NCBI GenBank assembly: GCA_965215885.1 | Contig: CBDCEW010000009.1 | Location: forward strand, 1 to 33,397 | Direction of reading: 5' to 3' | Length of the DNA: 33,397 nucleotides | From: Candidatus Moanibacter sp. | GTDB taxonomy: Bacteria > Verrucomicrobiota > Verrucomicrobiia > Opitutales > UBA2987 | In this document: piece after piece, positions 26,573 to 33,397 of the stretch | How positions within the stretch are numbered: the stretch's first letter is position 1 | Layout: every line of letters starts with the position of its first letter | Position numbers and translations under genes: made by a program | Notes under the pieces: model-generated | Database searches by the model: none | The model's input: the letters and a program-made list of their open reading frames with translations, nothing else | What the model was told of the DNA's origin: nothing

Positions 26573-28489
26573 GACCTTATCCGAAAAGCTACTGATTGGC
26601 CGCAAAGAGGGGCAAAAGGCGCAAGAAAAACTTGAGAAAAATCATTTTTTGGCTTGATAAAAAGTGTCGCAACATGCTAGTGTTTAACAACCTAAGATTA
26701 AGAAAGGAGTTAAACATGCCAACATGTGCGACAGAGGAGAACAAAAGCGATAAGACGCCCCTTAGCAACCTCATTCTGCCGGTTCCAGACACGGATTTCC
26801 GTGATTTTCTGGATGAAGTTGAAGAATTGGCCGGGTTCGCGGCGCAAATCATCGAGGCGATCGAGAAGGATCTGGACGCCCATGCGCGTGAGAAGAAGAA
26901 ACTTCGATTGGAAGATCGCAGGTTCTTTGAAGGGCGCACAGCGGAGCTGCCGGAGCTGGACATCGAGGAGGAGAATATTCTGGCTGCTGAATTGAATCTT
27001 GGGGCAGGCCGGCCGCGGATGCCGGCTTATGCGGTATACGTGTTCGTGATGATTCGAGGGTTTCTGGGTTCGTTGACCACGAAACCGGCACGGCGGTTTG
27101 TGCGCGAGTCGATGAGCTTGTACGGATTTTTGCAGAGCGGGGGACTGAGAATGCCGGCGGTGACGACGATTCTGGAGAACGTGAACCTGGTCAGCCATAC
27201 GACCCGCGAGTTGATCTTTGATAAACAGATTGGGTTTATCCTCCAGGAGCAATGGGACGATTTCGGGAAGCTGACGATCGACAGCACCTCGGTGAAAGCA
27301 AACAGCTGCTGGCCCACCGATGGGAAGATTCTGAGCGGTCTTTTGATGCGGGCCAATCGTTTGGGTCAGAAGTTGCATGTCTTCGGGCTGGAGGATTTTC
27401 GCAAGGGATGGGTTGGGCGTTGGCTGGAGGAAATGGACAAGCTGGAGTTTCAGATTTGTCTGGCCGCGGGCAAACCGAAGTCGAAGGGCAAGCTGAAGAA
27501 ACACTACCGGCGGTTGCTCAAGCGGGGCCGCAAGGCGGCCGACTCACTAACGGGGGAACTGAGCCATCTTGAAGAGGGCCTGTCGATGGATTCACTGCCT
27601 CCCACTCGCCGGGAGCTTCTGGAGCGGGCATTGAGCCAGATCAGGGGCGATATTGCCGACGCCAAGCGGGTTGTTGAGTATGCTCATGATCGGGTGTTTC
27701 ACGAAAAGAAGCTACCGTCCACACAGAAGGTCCTGAGCCTCTCGGACGGATCGGCGGCCTACATCAAGAAGGGCAGCCGCAATCCAGTGATCGGGTACAA
27801 GCCACAACTGGTTCGCAGCGAAAACGGTTTTGTCACCAGCCTGATCGTACCGCAAGGCAACGCGGCAGACTCCATTGAGCTGGCGCCGGCCATCGGCGAT
27901 TCGATCAAGCGCACCGGTGTCATTGCTGAACTGGTCAGCACCGATGACGGATATGCTTCGGCGAAGGGACGCAAGGAGGTGCTGAGCATGGGGGTAAAGC
28001 AGATCAGTATCAGTGGGGCGAAGGGCAAGAAGTTGACCACCCCCGAGGACTGGGAGAGCGAGGCGTATCGCGAGGCACGCCGCGATCGCTCCGCAGTGGA
28101 GTCGCTGATGTTCACGATTAAAGATGGATTTGCCTTTGGCGAACTCGGCCGCCGCGGCATCGATGCGGTAGGCGATGAACTGCTCGAGAAGGTTCTGGCC
28201 TACAACTTCTGCCGCATCATACTGATGAAGAAACGCCGAGGGGAGGAACTGGAACAGGCAGCCTGAATCTGACCGCTTTGAAGCTCAGAGAAAAAAGCAC
28301 CACGGGATGAGTATGCCTCCAGACAGCGGCAAATATACGTATTGTGCAGCAAGCCACGCCGATGGCCGCTCAATACCTGCTCATCGGCAGCGCCGGCAGC
28401 CTAAAACCCGAAACCTGCCAGCCATAGGCTGGTCCGCCCGTGGCGGAGAACCTTAAACCGCCCGCTCGAAAGGCTTTTCGAATGGGGTC
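26573..28489 (+). mobile_element. Insertion sequence, IS5/ISNCY-like, 1917 bp
   Basis: Terminal IRs GACCTTATCCGAAAAGC 26573-26589 / GCTTTTCGAATGGGGTC 28473-28489 (14/17) flanking a single transposase; no target duplication seen. Confidence 0.85.
26716..28266 (+). CDS. DDE transposase (IS5/ISNCY-like)
   Basis: TIDSTSVKAN..WPTD, STDDGY, RSAVES...K, LAYN; AAGGAG RBS before ATG 26716. Confidence 0.9.
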   Translation: MPTCATEENKSDKTPLSNLILPVPDTDFRDFLDEVEELAGFAAQIIEAIEKDLDAHAREKKKLRLEDRRFFEGRTAELPELDIEEENILAAELNLGAGRPRMPAYAVYVFVMIRGFLGSLTTKPARRFVRESMSLYGFLQSGGLRMPAVTTILENVNLVSHTTRELIFDKQIGFILQEQWDDFGKLTIDSTSVKANSCWPTDGKILSGLLMRANRLGQKLHVFGLEDFRKGWVGRWLEEMDKLEFQICLAAGKPKSKGKLKKHYRRLLKRGRKAADSLTGELSHLEEGLSMDSLPPTRRELLERALSQIRGDIADAKRVVEYAHDRVFHEKKLPSTQKVLSLSDGSAAYIKKGSRNPVIGYKPQLVRSENGFVTSLIVPQGNAADSIELAPAIGDSIKRTGVIAELVSTDDGYASAKGRKEVLSMGVKQISISGAKGKKLTTPEDWESEAYREARRDRSAVESLMFTIKDGFAFGELGRRGIDAVGDELLEKVLAYNFCRIILMKKRRGEELEQAA

Positions 28490-28629
28490 ATTCTAGGTTC
28501 AATACTCCACAAGACGGGCTCTGAAGGCAATCAAAATTGCAGCCTGCTCTTTTCAGTGGGTTCAGAATTTTAGGTCTCATTTTCATCCTGGGCTCAAATT
28601 CAAACTATTCTCCTGCGGTATTGCTGTTG

Positions 28630-28657
28630 ACCCGGAAATCTCGTGAGATTTCCGGGT
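28630..28657 (-). terminator. 13-bp hairpin downstream of the polyprenyl synthase gene
   Basis: ACCCGGAAATCTC-GT-GAGATTTCCGGGT; arm resembles the hairpin at 15146 (CCGGAAAT). Confidence 0.5.
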
Positions 28658-28724
28658 TACACATTTGGGCATAATTGATTCTCAGACATCTCTATTGGGA
28701 AGAGGTGCCGAATAATCGCAGCGT

Positions 28725-29769
28725 CTATTCCAGAATCACCCTCCCCAGAACCTGGTCGCTCAATGATTTTATATATCCGCTGATCCCAAGCAGCCTCTTG
28801 ACCGGCGCGTATCCTTCGAATGGAGCGAGGGCCAGTTCCGCGGCGCGAATTTCATTATCAAAATGCTTCGCCACTTTCTCAACAACACCATTCTCGGACA
28901 AAGCGAGATTGATGTTCTCCATATCAACTGATTTTCCAGACTGAATTTCATCGGCGAGTTGCTCTCTTGCATCCCTCTCTAGGTTCTTCAGCAGGAGGAT
29001 CAGGGGAAGTGTAAATCTCCCATTGGTCAAGTCCGTACCGAGAGTCTTGCCAACGTGCTCCTCCTGGCCGACAAAGTCCGCCAGGTCGTCGAATACCTGG
29101 TAAGCAACGCCGAGATGTCTGCCAAATCGCCCAGCGGCTTCGGCAAATTCCTCTTCATATCCTCCAAGCTTTGCTCCTATTATGCATGATACATGGAATA
29201 ACTCGGCCGTCTTACACTCAATAATCCGGAAATAGGTATCGATACTGACTTCGGCATTTCCACATTGGAAGGTCTGCTCAATCTCGCCCGAACAAACACG
29301 ACGGGTTGATGCGGGACACGGCTCGGCAAACTTCCACACTTGGAAAATCGGAGGCCAGGCGTAAGGCCTGCGAGAAGAGTGCGTCTCCCAGCAGCACCGC
29401 GACTTGGGGGCCATACTTCTGACTAACTGTAAAATCGTTATGTCTCAGAATCGCGGCATCGAGCACATCATCGTGAACAAGGGTCGCCATGTGGACAAAC
29501 TCGATAACGGCCGCGGCTTTCACGAGGTCGCTTGCAATGATCTCTTCCGAAGTCCACCCGCTGTAAAATACGAGGACTGGCCGAATCCGTTTACCGCTGT
29601 GTTCGAGGCAATATTTGACCAACTCCCTGATTTCGGGCTCAAACTGCAGTACCTGACCGTTCATGAATCGAGTCAGTTCCCGGAGGTGGGGCCGAACCAA
29701 TTCGGAAATCGTATCGAGGCCAACGCATTTGGACTCTCTTGTATCGTCGCTTTCGGTGGTTACAGGCAT
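28725..29769 (-). CDS. Polyprenyl diphosphate synthase (IspB/HepT-like) with one frameshift near 29314
   Basis: SGKRIRP and LVHDDVLD in one frame; KTAELF, YQVFDDLAD, GKTLGTDL in the other. Confidence 0.88.
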
Positions 29770-29948
29770 CGGTCAACACAGTAGTGCTTTCCTTTTCGAA
29801 AGCAAGTTTTCTAGCCAATTCGATACATCTCCTTCAATGTCGGTCCGGAAATCTCATACCCGTCTTATTCTCGCTCAGCGGAAATCCAGGCCGAGGCATC
29901 GAATTTTCGGACTTTTGCGAAACCGCCTCCAAAAAGAAGACCGTCAGG

Positions 29949-30196
29949 CGTAGGAAGGCCGCCTGTCGAAGACCCCGAGCTTTGTCGACGGGCCGCCGAA
30001 GGAAACATCGACACATTCGAATCGCTCGCCCTTCGACAGGCTCAGGGTCTGCGACAAGCGAGCTTCCTACCCTCACGGTAATTCGATGTAGATTGGCCAC
30101 ATCGATCACCGCCAGGCGTAGGAAGCGCGCTTGCGCGCGAACGGAAAACCAGAATACTGGAATCGCTCGGCCTGCCGTACGGCAGGCCTTCCTACC
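29949..30196. repeat. GTAG-type REP doublets with nested palindromic insertions
   Basis: GTAGGAAG at ~29950 and ~30118 paired with CTTCCTAC at ~30063 and ~30188; nested CCCTTCGACAGGCTCAGGG 30029-30047 and palindrome 30169-30188. Confidence 0.7.
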
Positions 30197-30365
30197 CTCG
30201 TGGTGAACCGGGGTGGAATGGAGTTTTGCACCGAACGAGTAGGATTGATCTTCCCTTCAATAATTCGGCTCTGCATCAATCACGATGTGGTCTCGCATTC
30301 TAATCCCCAAGATGGGAAGATACCGCTTCGCTAGGTAATGAAATCCTCCGGTTAGTTTCGAAGAC

Positions 30366-30989
30366 ATGAGCCAGGATCCGTTTTCGATATTAGTCGTCTT
30401 CACAATTTCGCTCTATATTGGAAGACTATGGCACCGCGATTACCGCAAAGCCGGAACCGGTAAGGGTGACGCCCGGGCATTTCCGGGCATCGCGCCGGCA
30501 AGTGGCACCGCAATTGCAGTGGCGATCGCCGGCAGCCTGATCATCCTGGGCGTGGAGACGGCAGGAGAATACGTCCTCGAATCCTCACAAAGTCAAACCG
30601 ACATAACCTGCCTTTATCTCCTGGCCATGGTAGCGGCGGGATTCCTTGAGGAGCTTGTCTTTCGAGGTTATCTCGTCATTCAGAACCGAAGCCGAACCGC
30701 ATTGGTGAGCAGCATCGTTGTATTCTCTGCTCTTTTCTCACTGGCCCATACTCAATACTGGTTCGAGTTCAGTGGTTTCAATCTCGTTACCTGGAAAATT
30801 CAACTCACTCCAGCAACGGTCTGGACGCTCATCATTCTCTTTACCAATTCTCTCTGGTTTTACACAGTTCGATTCTACGGGCTTAATCCCAAACGCTCCC
30901 TCCTCCCCTGCTTCGCCGCTCATATCGCCAGCAATCTGGGTGTCTTCGCTATCAAGCTCGCTCAAGGCCACGTTGTCGGCTGGAATTAG
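30366..30989 (+). CDS. CPBP family intramembrane metalloprotease (Abi/CAAX)
   Basis: LEELVFRGYL, FSLAH, AHIASN motifs; multiple TM segments. Confidence 0.88.
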   Translation: MSQDPFSILVVFTISLYIGRLWHRDYRKAGTGKGDARAFPGIAPASGTAIAVAIAGSLIILGVETAGEYVLESSQSQTDITCLYLLAMVAAGFLEELVFRGYLVIQNRSRTALVSSIVVFSALFSLAHTQYWFEFSGFNLVTWKIQLTPATVWTLIILFTNSLWFYTVRFYGLNPKRSLLPCFAAHIASNLGVFAIKLAQGHVVGWN

Positions 30990-31371
30990 GCTAAGAACAG
31001 CACGAATATTAATCGTTGTCGCAATCGGAATCTGACTGGATTGGCGTAAGATACCGGGCATAAACGATAAATCCGGCTGCGGACTTTTTCGGCCGCAAGC
31101 GGCCTTCCTACAACAACATATGCAAGCCGTAGTAAGCTCGCTTGCGAGGGACAATTTCGATATCTTGGTGCCATTCCAGTTAGACTTCCCCCGTGGTGGG
31201 CGCTGATCAAACAGGATCCGGATCCAACATACGACACGCGGCTCTCTCGCTTCGCTCCGCACGTCGACACGTCGACAAGACTTACGACGAAGCGGCAATC
31301 CCATTCATAGCCCGCTCCGCTCTACCGAACTGCGGAGACATTCCGGCCACCCCGCTGTGCAAAACTCCCGC

Positions 31372-33397
31372 TTACGGTATGGGATCCACCGTAATAGTAA
31401 ACGACTGGGTGGCGCCATGGGTTCCATCATCGACATCAATGACGACGGAATGGTCTCCCACATCCCCCGCACCCGGCGTGCCGGAGGTCACAGCCGTACC
31501 GTCAGTATTATCGGTTGTCGTAGTGATCCAGGCGGGCACCGTCGTGAAGGCATATGTCAGGCCGGCGCCGCCGCCATCATCCTCCGCCGAGAGGTTATAG
31601 GTATAGACCGCAGCCTCTGTGGCCATGGTAATGGGTATGGAAGTAAAGCTGGGGCCGAATCCGTCCGTATCCTCAATGACTACCCGCATAAACCGGGTGG
31701 GAGCGGCGCTCATCGAGACGCTATCGCGAACCGTTACGCGCGCGGAATATCCGTTGTCTACGGCCGCAAGAACAAGCGGGTTGCTCGTCAAACCGCCGTC
31801 GCCGGTAAGGCTTCCCACGCCGACGCCGCTTCCGGTATAGGGCGGATCAATGAAAACAAGGGTGGAGGGGTTGGTCATAAACATCACGTCATCGGCAGCC
31901 TGGACATCATAGGTCAGATCCGCCGACTGGATAACGAAGTCGAAGGTGAGGCTGAGATAATTATCGGTGTTTCCACCTACCTCGATCTCCGTTATTCCGA
32001 AACTGGTCAGAAGATCCTTGCCCGCACCGTCAGCGACGAGCGGATTACGATTTAAGGCATATTCGAAGACATTATCCATCCCATCACCATCAGCATCAGG
32101 ATTCACTCCGGCGTTAACTCCGTAGATTTCCTGCCATTCGTTGGAATCAATTGATCCGGGATTTTCGCGGATTTCGAAGACAGCATCGTTGGGCGAGAGG
32201 GCCGGGAAAGTCGTAATGAGGTTGGAGAAGACAAAGAGTATTCGGTTCCTCTCATCCGATTCCCGAATTTCGTTATCGACATCCAGTTCGATCTCAAACC
32301 AATAGAGATAATCCTCCACTGGTTCATTTTCACCGATACTCGTTTCGAGCCGATTGTAATGCGGCAGGAAGAGGAAGTTTGAAATGTTGATGGTGTCGCC
32401 CGTCGGCGCCGCTAATCTCCTCCCCAGCAGAAGCTGGCTCTCGGTGAACGTACCCAATTCGATAGCCGGTGTGGAAGCGGCATCAAACTCGTCAATGGTG
32501 GGTAGCGTACCCTCCGCGTTGAAGGTATCCGCTAAACCTTGAACGGTCTCTTTGGAAATGGCTCTTAAGGAGACTTTAACATCCCATTCGATATTCCCTT
32601 CTACAGAATCCAGACCATCGTTTTGAATTGTGAAGTCCAGATTAAGGCCATCCCCGGAAAACCCTTGCCCGAAAAGCCCATCTTCGACAAAGTAGATCTT
32701 CTGTTCGTCGAAGGTTAAGGTCAGCAGTTCCAAGTCGGGGAGCCGTGTGATCTGCACGTCCGGACCCGCCGTGGAGGCAGTGTTGTTGGTCTCGTCAAAT
32801 TCGTTGACGTTCTCCAATGGATCGATCTTCGCGAGGACGAAGAAATCCCCTTCCGGAAGATCATCGCCGAGATGGATAGGCCCGAGGAACTTTATCTTGA
32901 GGCCTCCGGCAAAAGTCTCTTCCACTCGAGCGAATTCGCCCAGCAAAATATCATCACTATTTCCGTAAATTTCGTCCTCGGAAAGCCGTATCTCCATATC
33001 CGCCACAGTGAAGAACCCGGCCCCTGGAGCTGGAAAATCAGCACCCTGGTTCTCCGCCTCGACCGTAATTTCGAGGAATTCCGTGCCCAGCAACTGTTCG
33101 GGAGATGCCTCGATCTCGGCAACGTCGAGGACGTATTCTCCCACAGTCACTTCTACATTTGTGATGACGAGTTCCGGTACATTGACAGGATCCACGTCGA
33201 TCTCGTCTACCCATCCTGTATCCTCGCCGGTCTCGACGCTGCTCAGTTTTGTCCAGACCCAACGGACAACATTAAACCCGTTGGGGATGAATAGGACCTC
33301 CGCCGTAAAGGGCTCCTCACCGGAGATTCGCCGGTCTTCCACTCCATTAAGTTCCAGACTGAGAAAGTTTAGAGTGGGCTCGGAGGAGACTTTCCAA
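31372..33397 (-). CDS. Large acidic secreted/surface protein, C-terminal part (CARDB-like, Ca-binding and Ig/He_PIG-like modules); open at window end
   Basis: Frame open to 33397 (WKVSSE...RISGE); IDP.ENVNEFDETNN, DADGDGMDNVFEYAL..NP, TRFMRV, terminal SGTP...V.V.DG....QSFTITV. Confidence 0.75.
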   Translation of the reverse strand, partial: WKVSSEPTLNFLSLELNGVEDRRISGEEPFTAEVLFIPNGFNVVRWVWTKLSSVETGEDTGWVDEIDVDPVNVPELVITNVEVTVGEYVLDVAEIEASPEQLLGTEFLEITVEAENQGADFPAPGAGFFTVADMEIRLSEDEIYGNSDDILLGEFARVEETFAGGLKIKFLGPIHLGDDLPEGDFFVLAKIDPLENVNEFDETNNTASTAGPDVQITRLPDLELLTLTFDEQKIYFVEDGLFGQGFSGDGLNLDFTIQNDGLDSVEGNIEWDVKVSLRAISKETVQGLADTFNAEGTLPTIDEFDAASTPAIELGTFTESQLLLGRRLAAPTGDTINISNFLFLPHYNRLETSIGENEPVEDYLYWFEIELDVDNEIRESDERNRILFVFSNLITTFPALSPNDAVFEIRENPGSIDSNEWQEIYGVNAGVNPDADGDGMDNVFEYALNRNPLVADGAGKDLLTSFGITEIEVGGNTDNYLSLTFDFVIQSADLTYDVQAADDVMFMTNPSTLVFIDPPYTGSGVGVGSLTGDGGLTSNPLVLAAVDNGYSARVTVRDSVSMSAAPTRFMRVVIEDTDGFGPSFTSIPITMATEAAVYTYNLSAEDDGGGAGLTYAFTTVPAWITTTTDNTDGTAVTSGTPGAGDVGDHSVVIDVDDGTHGATQSFTITVDPIP

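Noticed and set aside
26596..26715. Longer transposase N-terminus from the ORF track
   Set aside because: A strong AAGGAG RBS and a promoter-like TTGATA-N18-TAGTGT favour ATG 26716.

Overview
33.4 kb bacterial chromosomal window, probably from a Verrucomicrobia (Opitutales-like) genome. That taxon call is an inference from the style of the large surface protein and the IclR regulator. Genes are mostly housekeeping or accessory: an Lhr-like helicase (5'-truncated, one frameshift), an orphan HicB-like protein, an MbcT/MbcA-like RES-Xre toxin-antitoxin pair, an FAD oxidoreductase, tag glycosylase (no canonical start codon), two tandem SMP-30/gluconolactonases, a methyltransferase, an APH-type kinase, a rhodanese-YceI fusion, a GNAT, pdxS-pdxT, a phosphoesterase, AddAB-like helicase/nuclease, a MATE transporter, IclR, a sulfite-oxidase-like enzyme, an intact IS5/ISNCY-like element, a frameshifted polyprenyl synthase, a CPBP protease and a large Ig-repeat surface protein. 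The ORF track misses two remnants: a truncated OsmC gene and a MOSC 3' fragment cut by the IS. The most unusual signal is non-coding: intergenic DNA is densely filled with several families of nested palindromic REP/MITE-like elements. These include a three-copy ~160 bp structured repeat and a 14-bp core palindrome whose flanks differ between copies yet are always self-complementary. No CRISPR array, rRNA or tRNA was seen, and I found no clear novel protein-coding system.
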